From: a virus
Strand: one strand, 5' to 3'
Virus record (IMG/VR): IMGVR_UViG_3300050821_007134
Span: 1 to 64,000 of that record
Length of the DNA: 64,000 nucleotides
The notes under the pieces are model-generated. The model worked only from the letters and a program-made list of their open reading frames with translations. It searched no databases and was not told the DNA's origin. The stretch's first letter is position 1. Each line of letters opens with the position of its first letter. Positions 40,662-52,947 of this stretch are shown piece after piece. The position numbers were made by a program, and so were the translations under genes.

Positions 40662-43600
40662 ATGCGTCAATACATAGTGTTTAGGGCTGATTTACAGCTA
40701 TTCGACTCATACGGCCAGCCGTGTATTGTCGAGGCTACTAACTTAAAGAATGCTCAATACATTGCAGTCAGGGCCTTTGGTTATGATCTAGGCAATATAC
40801 CGCTATCGGTTATTAGGTCAATTCGAGTCAGGCCATACAAGGAGGCTATCTAATGTTTGGTTATAGCTTAGTCAAGACTTCCATTCTAACTGAATTAGTC
40901 AATGTATCTACGGAGGCCCTCGACCATGTTGAGGCTAACGGAGGTTTTCTAAATGAGAAGAGGACCTTTGCAAGTGATGGTAATAATAAGGCCATTCAAG
41001 CGCATTGGAATTTATTTCATACTCTAACTAGGCGTTTCTTCTCATTAAAATACAAACTGTTAAAATAGTGCTAAAGTTTTTAAACAATCTCCCGATAAGT
41101 TAGATAGAAACAAAGGGGGTTATATGAGACAGTCTTTAAATGCCGATACAAGAGTCATACTAACTTTAGGGCTTGTCAATTTACTATCGACCATTAAGCT
41201 ATATGAGTCCGAGGTCCGTACCATTGGCGGTTATGGCATTGCAGTTGACCATCATCTAACAGACGCTGTTAACACTGCTATAGACACTCACAAGGCCAAT
41301 TTTAAAAGGGCCACACAAGAAACCTTGTCAACACATGCCGGTTTTATTCAAGAGTACGATGAAATAGTAGACCGAGCGTTACAATTGACAGCCATGCCAG
41401 TTAGTGTTTTTGAATCTTATCAATTTTCATAAGGGGGTTTAAAATGAGTGCAAGAAGTTTTAAAATGAACGTTTTCAACCGTAACCAAGGCCAGATCAGA
41501 GTCGAGCGCTCGTTAGAGGCTCAAGGTGTCGTTACCCGCGTCCAGATGTACCAAACCATCATCGTTGAATATTGGGTTAACCACATTGGCCCTAGCCCTA
41601 CTATCGTCTTAAATTCGGGAGGCTATCGAACGGCGTCCACAAAGACAGCCATAAATCAGGCATTGAGTCAATTAGTCTTGCCATGGAATGTTATTCAACG
41701 CAAGGGTCAATGGCTTGTAACTAACGGCGTCAAGACCTTTGATTTTATTGACGGCATTCAATTGGACGCAACCGGCATTGTATTAAAGGAGGCTTCATAA
41801 TGCCTAACCTATTGTTTTTAAAACTCAAAGACCACATAGGCCATAAAATTGAATGCGTTTACTACGGGCCAGCGGATAGCCCTTGCAATATAGCCATTGA
41901 ATGTGTCGATTGTTATATGGTTTTAGTTGACACTGACCTTGAGGAGATCAAATGAAATACTATAAAGAACAATTAAATCAATTAGTTGACGACCATCCTT
42001 ATTTTAAATCAATTCAAGTTAGGGATACCGTAGGCAATTCGACTCATTGTCTGGCCTTAAATATTGAGTCAATCCCAATATTTATAGCATTTTTGAAAAA
42101 AGAACAAAAAAGACTAAAGAATTTAGAACAAACAGCCGAGAAGTCCAATGGAGGGAATGAGAATGAAAACCAAGATCACACTTAACACGATGAAACTAAA
42201 TAATAAAACGCATCTCTTTGAACAAGTTGCAACCACGTCAATTGAGCAACCAACAATTAAACAAGCCGAGCGTTTCCTTAAGAGCTATCTCTATAAGTTT
42301 GACGCTATGCTTAGTAGTGGCCCTATCGACATTTGGTCAAAACGAACGGTAACTAAACAGGGCGAATACTTATTGCATGCCGAATTGAAGAGGGGCGCAT
42401 GAATTCGGTTTTCGTTGTTTCCATCGTTTTTGGCTTAGTCAGTCTAATAGGTGCCGCGTTTAGGCATTCATTAGGGCCATTGAAAAACTTCTTTGACACA
42501 TTGACCACATTCCTTGCATTGGCTGTACTGTTAACCGTGGCATTTACAATCGGAGTACAAGTTTGGGGCATTCGATGAAATACCTTTCAGCCTATGCCGT
42601 GGTCGATATACTCTTAAGTCTACCTATAGATCAATACGTTGTACCTGCAATAATTATTTACTTTATTGCTAAAGTTTTATTGCAACGCGCCGATAAGTTA
42701 AATAGGAGGGAGTTACAATGAAAACGAAACAAGGTTTAGTCGAGGTTAAACGAACGGTTATTGACACGGTACCAATTGGTTATTGGCTGGTAACGTTTGA
42801 CGCAATTTGGGGAGCACGTTGCAACGAAGGGCCACATAACTCTTGTGAGCAGCATGGTTGCATTGACAACGAGCCAGATTACATTGCAGACGTTGACGGC
42901 GCCATTAATAAGATCACACGACGAAACTACTATGAATTAGGCGCCAATGGCCTAACCATTAGCTCGAATACAAACGACCAACACGACGACACACACGATC
43001 TAAGGCCACGGCTTTTTAAAACGAAACAAGAGGCCAAAGAGCATTTGGAATACACTTTAAAGCGGTTTAAAAACCCTCAACCATGGGAGAGCTTCGTTAA
43101 AACAGCTTAAAAACTATGATTGAAACTCTTAAAATACAAGTGTTTACAATAAGTTGTCAGCTATTACCGATACTGATTAGGCTTTTAACGTAGGGAGTTA
43201 AAATGAATTCGAGCGAAGTAAACTGGTATAAAGAGAGACTTGCTGGCCTTGTTAAAGACTTGCAATTCGATCTTAAATACGAAAAAGACGTTGAAACAGT
43301 CCGTTACCTTCAGAATATGATTAGACACTTAAATTCAAGTGTTGAAGTCTTTAACCGAGTGGAAGGGACTGAAAACCAATGAAGAGAATAGTTTCGATGC
43401 TCATTGAAGTCGGAAACAAAGGGCCAGTCTATGCGTGGACCATTGGCATAGGCCTTGCACTAATTGCCCTGTCAATAACTGGTATGGTCGAAAACATTAT
43501 GAGGGAGTTACAATGAATACTAAACCGAACGTTCTAATTTTCAATGCATACGATGCGCTGGACGTTGAAAACGTTGATAAGACTATCTTGCAACATTACT

Positions 43601-43920
43601 CGGCATTACAAGAATTGCAACGTCAAGGCGTACCAGTGGTCGAGCTGCTCGGGCGAAACAATGGAACGAGTCAAATGTCAATTCTAGTGGTCGGGTTTCA
43701 ACACACGGACCTAGTTGAAACACTCGCTAAACAATCTGGCCAGGACTCTTATCTAAGGAGCCACGGAGACAGATATACAGAAAGAGTTAGCTTAAAAAAG
43801 GCACACGTTGAGTCGGTAGGTTACCTTAAACCCATTTCCGAGGACGGGGCATGGTTAAAAGGCACTTATGCGTATAATCCACAAACAAACACATTTTATG
43901 CATTGGAGTCGAGGCCATGA
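40662..43920 (+). CDS. Cluster of small early hypothetical ORFs (41124, 41444, 41952, 42718, 43203, 43513 and others)
   Basis: Strong GGGAG/GGGGG RBSs and coupled stops/starts. Confidence 0.55.
41072..41098 (+). promoter_or_regulatory. sigma28 (FliA)-type promoter
   Basis: TAAAGTTT-N11-CCCGATAA upstream of ORF 41124. Confidence 0.75.
42670..42696 (+). promoter_or_regulatory. sigma28 (FliA)-type promoter, perfect consensus
   Basis: TAAAGTTT-N11-GCCGATAA upstream of ORF 42718. Confidence 0.85.
43444..43459 (+). promoter_or_regulatory. sigma54-type promoter
   Basis: TGGCATAGGCCTTGCA upstream of the RBS and ATG at 43513. Confidence 0.7.
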
Positions 43921-44070
43921 AAGTTCTAATCATTGTCGCGCTATTTATTGGACTGACCACTTATTGTTTAACACAATGTATGATAAGTCCACAAAGAGCA
44001 CTTTCAATAATTCAAACCTTTGGAGGTAAATAGACCAGAAAGTCCACACTCCCCAAACCCCTAAACCCTG

Positions 44071-44102
44071 GCCCTAGGTTGTTTTCAGCCTAGGGCTTTT
44101 TC
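44071..44102 (+). terminator. Rho-independent terminator
   Basis: GCCCTAGG...CCTAGGGC hairpin followed by TTTTT. Confidence 0.8.
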
Positions 44103-44489
44103 ATTGGATAAAAGTGAATTTTTGCTTTACTTGCCACGGTTGCCTAAAGCCGAGCGTCTGTCTATTCATTGAGTCAACTTGTCTCCAGGGGCATTCCAAC
44201 CTTCTCTCGGGTCACTTCCCTTTGGAGTCGAATAGTCAAACCTATTTACACAATGCCTCAAGCCGCTAATGTGAGTGAGACTGTATATCGTAAAGCATTG
44301 ATAACTGAGGGCTTATCACGGCATTATTGGCGCAATTGGCAATAAACGCAATACCTACGGCGTAATTGGCATAGGCTCTTTACGGTTTAAAGATTCGGAG
44401 CGGCGCATTAGATCGAATATAGGCCCCCTGGCTATCGTTTTGACACTGTCCATAAAATCGACGGTAAAAGTGAATTTTAGGACTAATAG

Positions 44490-44522
44490 TTTCAATAGTT
44501 TATGCGTGGCATCATAGTTGCT
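44490..44522 (+). promoter_or_regulatory. sigma54-type promoter with an adjacent IHF-like site
   Basis: TGGCATCATAGTTGCT at 44507-44522; TTTCAATAGTTTA at 44490; perfect IHF consensus at 44291-44303 (-). Confidence 0.7.
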
Positions 44523-44641
44523 TATTAATAAATCATGTAGGTTAAACAAAAGGCCGAGGAGGCTATATGTACTAGGCCAGCGAAAGTTGGCATTTGAGGG
44601 CTACGGAGGGCTCAAGTTTAACCCCAAACGTGAGGAGTTTT

Positions 44642-44974
44642 ATGTACGCGCCAATTAATCAGTGGACCAAGGAAAAGATCATAAACCACATTGAAAAGAA
44701 CTTCGTAGGCAAGAGCTATGAGAATGAAGAAACCTGTCTATATAGGTCTGACGATGGTCGCAAGTGCGCCTTAGGCCTATTCATACCAGATAAACGCTAT
44801 TCGAGCAAGATGGAGCACCAATGCGCTCGAACGGTTATTACAGATTACAAACTTGAAAGGTTTATGCCATTAGAGACAGACGCCATGAGGCAATTGCAAA
44901 TGGTCCACGATGAGAGCAACGAAAACAAAACCAAAGAACAGATGATTAATTGGATTAAAAGAAACGTAGCATAG
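44642..44974 (+). CDS. Phage hypothetical protein (CLYR...KCALG...HD motif)
   Basis: GAGGAG RBS before the ATG at 44642. Confidence 0.6.
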   Translation: MYAPINQWTKEKIINHIEKNFVGKSYENEETCLYRSDDGRKCALGLFIPDKRYSSKMEHQCARTVITDYKLERFMPLETDAMRQLQMVHDESNENKTKEQMINWIKRNVA

Positions 44975-44985
44975 CAGGGAGTTTT

Positions 44986-46002
44986 ATGAATGTTCTAAAT
45001 GAAGCGTTAAAAATACAGGCCAATGCCATCAAAGAAGAGACGAAACTAGAAAAGGCCATACAAGCCAAGGCCCGTAAATACCAGAAAGAACTTGAGGCAT
45101 TTAAGACTTTCGTTACTGGCCTAGTCGATAGGTTCAAAGAATTCGATAAAATGCCAATTCGCTATTACCAATACAGTGAAAACGGAGCAACCTATCGTTA
45201 CAATGAAGAGCGTTGGAAAACAATTGACATTGAATACTCGGCAAGAGGCTATAACTCTCATTTAAGTAAACTCTTCCAATTGTATGAAAACCCACGAAAC
45301 ACTGAAACTGAATTGAAGTCTGTCTATATCTATTTGGCTGATTATCACATGAGTTTAGTTATTGAAGAGACAGAGGGCGGACCTATCGTAATGAAATTCA
45401 CACGCCGAACGTTTTCCTTTGAAGAGGTTAAAGACCTGCTATTGCCATATGGCCAGGGCTGGAGGGTTCAAAAAGGCTCCCGTCCCTTAAGTTGCATTGA
45501 AACTGAATTTACAGATCGCGAGCTGGCCTATAAACACATCAAAGGAGTTATCTTAAAAATTGCCAATATTGAAACACTTAAAGAGCTGGCCGAACAAACC
45601 GAGCGAAAGACAGTTTTGGCTAAGTACCTGAATGTTGACGGTATTGGTTCAATTGAACACGTTTCAAACGGCGCCTATACAAACCCCAATGGCATTGTAT
45701 TAAAGACCAATGGCAAAGAGTACCGAGTTTTAAATAAGAGCGAAGTACCATCATGGTACGCATTCATGGTTATTGGCAACGTCCACAAACATTCAGATTT
45801 AGGGCTCCTTGCCGATGCTACGGGACTTAAATATGAAGAGCTAAAGACCATGCAAACATTTGGCGAGAAGAGTTTCAATTCATTGGTTAGCCCTTTCGTT
45901 AGAAATAGCGAATATGGCAACGAGATGGCAAAGAAATACTCATTCAGTCAATACGTTGTACCAGTCGATAACTATTTCATTGTTGAATTGGGGGCCATAT
46001 GA
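44986..46002 (+). CDS. Hypothetical protein (338 aa)
   Basis: Long ORF with an RBS. Confidence 0.65.
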   Translation: MNVLNEALKIQANAIKEETKLEKAIQAKARKYQKELEAFKTFVTGLVDRFKEFDKMPIRYYQYSENGATYRYNEERWKTIDIEYSARGYNSHLSKLFQLYENPRNTETELKSVYIYLADYHMSLVIEETEGGPIVMKFTRRTFSFEEVKDLLLPYGQGWRVQKGSRPLSCIETEFTDRELAYKHIKGVILKIANIETLKELAEQTERKTVLAKYLNVDGIGSIEHVSNGAYTNPNGIVLKTNGKEYRVLNKSEVPSWYAFMVIGNVHKHSDLGLLADATGLKYEELKTMQTFGEKSFNSLVSPFVRNSEYGNEMAKKYSFSQYVVPVDNYFIVELGAI

Positions 46003-46883
46003 TTAAAACGTTCACCAATGCAAGTCTGACTGAAACTGAATTAAAGAGCCTAGGCCAAAAGATCGCGGAGGTTTTAAATCTAGAGCCAATTTATCGCATC
46101 CTAAATGAGCCTATTAAATATCAAACGACTTGGGGAGTTAAAACAGAAGTCGGCTTAGCATTGACCGTAATTAGAGTATTGGAGGACGGGCCATGAAACG
46201 GGACATTTCAATTGACAGAGAAGAGGCACAATTATTGGAGGACACTCTAAACTATATCGTTAATGATAGCGATAGCGAAAAAGAGGACTTCATTGAACAG
46301 CTTAAAGATGATGGCATAACAGATGAAACTCCGTTCTTTGACGAGCATGATAACCTAATCATCAAAGAAGTACCAAAGAAACATAGAAACCACATTTTTT
46401 ATAAAGCAAGTTTATTATTGCAGGCCCTCGCTGGCCCGATGTATGGAGGTTAAAATGAAATTGACAGTTAAAGACATCAAGGCAATTGCTAACTATCTCG
46501 GGCAAGTAGCCATGGATAAGGCCGAACAGGGTAAACCCGAAGAAGAGATGAGAATTTTTACTTTAATTGAAAAACTTGAGAGTGAAATTGGAGATTAAAA
46601 TGGACGTTAAAAAACTATTAGAGAAACTTAAAATTGCCATTCGATCTGGAGCCTTGACTCCCACTAATAAAGTGGACGCTGGCACTTTCGTTTGTCTCAA
46701 GGAGACTAATAACAAGGGAGAGATAACAAACTACTGGCAAGCTGTTTACGAGGCACTCCCCTATCAATTTCAAACTTCCTTAAAAGATAAAACCAAAGGC
46801 CATACTGTTACGAGTGTTGATGGATGTCGTATTTATAAAGTTATTGCCATCTTTGACTCATGGAATGAAGAGGAGAAGAGCGC

Positions 46884-47243
46884 ATGAGAATTGCATTTGA
46901 TGTAATGGGCACAATTGAAGGGCCTAAACAAAAACAAGTATTAGAACTGTTTTCTAGGTTGTGGACCGCTGGCCATGAGATGTTCGTATGGTCAAACCTT
47001 GAAAGCTATGCTGTCGATGCAATTAAAAAACATAATTTGCCAGCCACGTCAATGAGAAAGTACAGCTCGACAGATGCCGAGGAGCGAGGCTTTATGGACT
47101 TAGCTATAGAAGACGACCCAAGTCAAACGTGGTTAGGGGCTAAGCAAATTGTATTAGTCTCTGAATTGCCCGCTAAAACTGAATTTTTGCTTAAACAATT
47201 TGGCGTAGCTAAAACGCCTTGGAGTTCACATGAGCAGGAATAA
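46884..47243 (+). CDS. Degenerate HAD-family protein
   Basis: IAFDVMGT, VWS and IEDD. Confidence 0.55.
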   Translation: MRIAFDVMGTIEGPKQKQVLELFSRLWTAGHEMFVWSNLESYAVDAIKKHNLPATSMRKYSSTDAEERGFMDLAIEDDPSQTWLGAKQIVLVSELPAKTEFLLKQFGVAKTPWSSHEQE

Positions 47244-47438
47244 ACTTGGAGCGCTGGCCATTATAACTTCAATGCTCGCGATGGGTTCTTTGGCCAATGA
47301 AAACTTATTTGGACGCTCGGAAAAAGCGCCAAAGAAAAACAATAAAATGCCCTTGACAGATGAAGAGACTAAAACACTCGCAAGTCTGTCGGGAAGAGAT
47401 AAAAAGAAATATGTGAAACAATTAAAGGAGAAGTACAA

Positions 47439-47645
47439 GTGAAAACAGGTATTGTTAAATGGTTTAATTCAAACAAAGGTTTTGGTTTTCTGACGGTCGA
47501 TAACAGTGAAAAAGATGTGTTCGTTCACTATACTGCTATTGTATCGGATGGCTTTAAAGACTTAGTCGAGGGCCAGAAAGTTAAGTTTGAAGTCCTTGAA
47601 ACCGAGCGAGGGCCACAAGCGGCAAAAGTTGAGGTTGTAAAGTGA
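47439..47645 (+). CDS. cspA: Cold-shock protein
   Basis: [23 protein letters not shown] and GPQA. Confidence 0.95.
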   Translation: MKTGIVKWFNSNKGFGFLTVDNSEKDVFVHYTAIVSDGFKDLVEGQKVKFEVLETERGPQAAKVEVVK

Positions 47646-48041
47646 TCTTAGAAAAAGGAGACATAATATTTTCACAATACAACTTTAAAAAAGATAAACG
47701 TCTTTTCTTGCTTGAAGATGTTCTACCTTTTAAGTGGCGTTGCATGTTCAGGGATAAAAAAATAAATAATACTTCACTGACTTTTTACGGTAGTTTCGAT
47801 GTGTCCAATATTCGCATGGCAACAGATGAAGAAATAGCATTTGTCAAGGCAAATATTGAGGCTGGCTATTTAACATTAGACTCTTCCATGGTCGAATTAT
47901 TGCAGACTCGAAACAAAGGAGTACCAGAGGTAACGAACCCCGAACTATTAGGAAGCAAACCCACTTGCAATAAACACGAGCCCATTCGCTACGTGAGTTT
48001 TAATATGGTTTACACTATTTGTAAAAATTGCGATAAAACTC

Positions 48042-48070
48042 TTGCATAATGTCGCATTGCGTTATATAGT
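48042..48070 (+). promoter_or_regulatory. sigma70-type promoter
   Basis: TTGCAT-N17-TATAGT. Confidence 0.65.
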
Positions 48071-48076
48071 AAAAGA

Positions 48077-49851
48077 ATGAAGGAGAGACACATGAAAACA
48101 ATGAAAGTTAACGGCTTCAAATTAAAGTTAGATCACGAGGGCAAGGTCAAAGACTATGTCCTTCCGTACCAAGTTAGGAATAAACAGTTCAAAGGAAATA
48201 ATGGCAAGAACAAATTTAACCTCGAAACAGAAGAGGCCCATTCATATGGCCATTGGTGCTATGTTAAAAAGATCAAAGGCAAATGGGTTTTCAACGACTA
48301 TAGTTATAGTGTTACCACAAATGGCCATCAAGGCACCATGCGCCAGTTGCTACGTGAGCTTGGCATAAAAATTGATTTAGTAGTGAACATGCAATCCAGC
48401 CTTGACGACTATAGCTTTAGAAGTGGAGCGCTATCGTCAATGTACTACGATCTTATTGGCAATGAAATTAAGATCAATAACAAATTTATCAAAGATAAGA
48501 GCTATTACGTTGATGCCAATAAAGAACTCAAGAAACAAATTAGCGCCGCTCGCAAATTAGGTGCCAAATACACACGCAATGATGTTAAAGAATTGCGCAA
48601 GCGACTAGAGCAGCATGAAGTTAATAGGTTAACGCAAGCCCGTGAACAGCGCTTAAGAGTCAAAGAGGCCAATAAGACTTTGTATCAAGCCAAAAAGACC
48701 TTAGAAGAGTCGGGCATTGAATTTGACATAGCTAATTAAAGGAGTACCGGATGAAAGCTTTAGAAGTTGTTAAACAAAAACCCATTAACTATCGTTTCAG
48801 TGAGCCAAATAACGATGGCGAAAAAGCTGCTCAAAAGTTTCTCAATGGAGCAACCGAGGGCAAGAATGGGCGCTATGTTATCGCTGGTAATAAATTCATT
48901 TATCGAAACGTTGTCGATAAACAGGTTCGACTTCCCGACAATGAACTAGAGAAACAGAGAGTTCTAAAAAAGCTTAGAAATGCCGCGTCTAAAGGCATTA
49001 TTGTATTGACCACATCGGAAGAGTATATGAAAAACTCGTGGTGTAGTCGTGTTGAATTTAAAGCCCTATCGTCAAACATTATTGCTATGCGATTAGAGTC
49101 AGGCTCCATCATTGGCAATAGTTCGGTCCTTCCACTCATTGGACGCCGCATGTCTTTTGGACGTGAAAGACTTAACAGGGGCGAAACCCCAATTCAACGT
49201 TATCTTGCTCAATACGTGCCAATGATTCCTTTTTCTGTATTTACTCAAACTGGCCTTGACATCAATAGGCTAGACATCATTGAAAGAGGGCCAGAAGAGG
49301 AGATCACTCGCAAGCTTCCAAGAGGACGCGATAAAAAAGGTAAACAGAAATGGGTCGATGAAACAGTTCACTATACTGGCGCATCACTCTTTAAAATTGA
49401 TAGCAAGACATTCCTTTTTGACATTGACCGTAGGGAAGTAACTCATAAAATCTTTAACCCTTTCCTTGTTCAATTGCCAAAAGCAGTGAAGAGTATTAAG
49501 GAGGCCTACGATAGCCTCATTCCCACGGAAGTAAAGAGGGCTATGCTCAAAGGCCTTGATGTTAAAAGACAGGGCGAATGGTTTTTCATTCCTGTGAAGG
49601 GCCAGCATACTCCGGACCCTGTGAGAGAAGAGGATAAACAGTGGCAACGTGGCCCGTACAGACCTATGACGTTACGAGCTGGCAATAATAGCCCTAATCA
49701 CGCTACGCAAGGAGTCGCTAAACTTATGCTCGTAAAGGGCAAGGTAACTCATTCGGGGCGAGAACATGCCGACATGCTCTTGAAAGGCTGGCATAAAGCC
49801 ATACCAAATACTGCAATTGGAAGTTTCACAATAACGGGAGATGTAGACTAG
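48077..49851 (+). CDS. Two phage hypothetical proteins (48077-48739; 48751-49851 with an RQGEWFFIP motif)
   Basis: Long ORFs with RBSs. Confidence 0.6.
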
Positions 49852-50055
49852 GCCCCATAGTCACATAGGAGATGTTATGGAAATTACTAAGCAAAAGCGA
49901 ATTTTAGGTCAACTAGAGATGGACTTAAGTGACATACGAATTCTGCTAAAGACCACAGAGGATGAAGAGAGGCAGAACGAATTGAGACAGGCCTATAGGG
50001 ACCTTGAGCATAAGATCGAGAGTCAGGCACAATTAATTGAGGACTTGGAGAGTTT

Positions 50056-50373
50056 ATGAATAAATTTACAGAAGGACCATGGAAACAATTACCCAAAGAC
50101 CCTCTTAAGATCAAAGGCACCGATAAACTTTCAATTGCTTGCATAGTTTCGCAAGCTGGCAAGAACGGGCGATCTTATGAAGAGAAATTGGCCAATGCAA
50201 GGCTTATATCTGCTGCTCCGGAAATGTTGGAGGCTCTTCACATAGCTCGAATGCAAATTTCATATGATCTTAAGACCAGAGTTCAACAGCCAACCGAGAA
50301 AGAGGCCAATAGACTTATCTTGGAAGTTGTTGAAAAAGCAATTACTAGAGCTACTGGGGAGTTTTTCGAATGA
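50056..50373 (+). CDS. Common phage hypothetical protein (GPW...ANARLISAAPEMLEAL family)
   Basis: Motif recognised by eye. Confidence 0.6.
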   Translation: MNKFTEGPWKQLPKDPLKIKGTDKLSIACIVSQAGKNGRSYEEKLANARLISAAPEMLEALHIARMQISYDLKTRVQQPTEKEANRLILEVVEKAITRATGEFFE

Positions 50374-51163
50374 AGAAAACTAAAGTCCCAAAAATAGGCT
50401 CGACAGTTAATTACAAGGGGAAGGAATTTAAAGTTCTAGGCTACGCGGCGCGAGTAGACGAAAACCAAAACAAGTGGATAGAAATTGCATGGAATAATTA
50501 TAACGTGTCTCCCAGTGGGTATCTAGCGGTACCATTAAGGCTTTTAAAATGAGTAAAGTGATTAGCATTTTCACAAAGAAAGAATTGAAAGAATTACCTT
50601 TTCAAGAGGATGCCGCATTAGAAATTATTAAGTATGTCTTGAGTTACAAAGAGGATAATTTCCTTAAGATTTCAATGGCTGAAAGACTTATTCTTGACTC
50701 AATACTTAGGTACGTGGCCAATGCATCGGGCACTAATCCTAATCAGCTCATGGTCGATGCTTTACAAGAAATACTTCCCACGTTTGGAGATGCATCGTGA
50801 AAATATACGGACGTTTAACAAGGCAAGAAAAAGCGAAAGCAATAGACAAAGCCCTTGAAGAGCTAGTGAATTGTGTGGCCAATGGGCTAATTTCATTCAC
50901 TGGGAAATTGCAGGTTAAAATTGATTTAGCGATTAAGACAGCTAATGATAACAACATGCAATGGAGCATTCAAGAACACATCCTTGAAGTCGCCAAACCC
51001 GAGCTATTGAAACATGCTCAAGGCATTGCAGAGGACGCCACATATAAAGAGAACGGTGACTTTTTGAAAGTGTTGATGGTTGTATGAGCTATAGAATGAT
51101 AATTGTTATGTTGCTGGCAATGGGGCTGGCAATGTTTATAACCCAAATGATAGGAGATTTAAA

Positions 51164-51451
51164 ATGAAAACCGGACCAAATAACACAGGCAAGACCGTAA
51201 TCGTGAGATACGCAAACCGAAAGCTATACAACACTGAATTGTCCAACTATGCGACACTTCCACAAGTGTTAGCACTCGGCGTTGACAATTTTATCGTGCT
51301 CGATAATAAAACTAAGAAAGACATCACGTTTGACGTTCTCATCAATGCATTGTCTGGCCACTTCCGAGATAACCCCACAGCATTTGAGACAGTGAAACCC
51401 GTTATCGTTGAAAAGCTTGGCCTCGGCGCCCCAACAGTAGCAAATAACTAA
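51164..51451 (+). CDS. PhaR-like (PHB accumulation regulator N-terminal) DNA-binding protein
   Basis: IVRYANRKLYNTELSNYATL...FIVLDNKTKKDITFDVL follows the PHB_acc_N pattern. Confidence 0.8.
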   Translation: MKTGPNNTGKTVIVRYANRKLYNTELSNYATLPQVLALGVDNFIVLDNKTKKDITFDVLINALSGHFRDNPTAFETVKPVIVEKLGLGAPTVANN

Positions 51452-52947
51452 GGAGCCGAGCCATGAAGAAAATAAATGTTACGGTCAGTCTTATTATTAA
51501 GGCTGACCCTGAGGATGAGGACTCTATAAAAGATGCCGTCTATGCCAAATTAGAGGACGAATTAGTCGATGAAACTATTGACTACAGCGTGGACGAAGAA
51601 GTTGAGGAAGAGGATGAAAGCGAAGTTTGATTGGTTTTTATGCATGGGGGTACTAATATTTTTACTATTTGCCTCCGTGCTCTTAAAACTAGATTTTTGA
51701 TTGGAGATGTTATGAACACACTTATCGCTATAACGATATGGCTTGCAGTAGGGTTTGTATGTGCTCTTCGCTTTACTTATGTGATGAGAGTAAAGCCCTA
51801 TGCCTACTCTGATATCTTTGCCTCTATTTTTTTAAGTGTCCTAGGACCACTTCTAGCCGTAATGGGCACCTTGATAGCTGTTGCCAAGAAACTTGACCGA
51901 CCAGTATTTAAGAATGAAGGGCCAAGAGACTGGTACGAACAGTCCAAGAAACGAGATGCAAAATGAACACAGATTTACTTGCTGTCAAACAAGAACTTAT
52001 TGACTCTCAGGATAAACTTATTGCTCTGCTAAAGAGTTCGATGGAAGACCGAGATGAAGTAATTAACACTCAAAAGAATTTGATCTTGGCTCAACAAGGA
52101 ATGATCGAAGTTCTAAGAGAACGCTTAACCATTCTGAGGGCCTTATGATTACTAGACACGTATTCGTTGTTATAAATGAACAGCTTTCTTGGGGAAACCA
52201 GGGCGGCGCCTATACGGTTTTCGAATATAGGGGCGATGCCGAGAAATTCATTCACGGCCAAACCACTATGGGACATCCTGATTTAAAGGGCGACTGGGCT
52301 TTTGAAGAGAAAAACTTTAAGATCATTGAATTAATGGTCAGGGGGCGCTATGAGCAATCGAGTGACTAAAACTTTAACAGTAGAATTAAATTCTGGGAAG
52401 TCTTTTGAAATTGAAGTCACGGCAATTGGCGAGTATGATAATAATTGTGGCTCAGACGCCGATGGTAATAGAGGTACATCGGGATGGACCGTAGATAAGT
52501 TTGAATTTGATTTGCCAAAAGTAGACGAGGACACGAATGTTCTCACTCTTGATGAATTGCACGAGCTAGACATCGCAATTCACAAAGAGGCCCTGAAAGA
52601 AGAGTGGGAGTTTTCACAGGAAGAGGATTGGGATAACTATAAAGACTATGAACTTGGAGAGGACATATGAAAAAGAAAACTTATATGGTCGCTATACAAA
52701 GAACTTTTAAAGTCAGTGGTCTGGTATTCTACGAAGCACTCACTACAAGCGCTAAGGCCGCTGTAAAAGAAGCTAAGGCTCATTATAAAAAACACAAAAT
52801 CGAAATAGATGAGGAAATAGAAGAGGATGCTAAAGAAACTGGCGGTATTGGAGATGCAGGCGAAGCAGAGATATATTCTATTGGAATGGCCAGTCAATAC
52901 CACTCGGACGCCGAATGCAAGCTATGTAAAAAATCTAAGGAGGCCGC

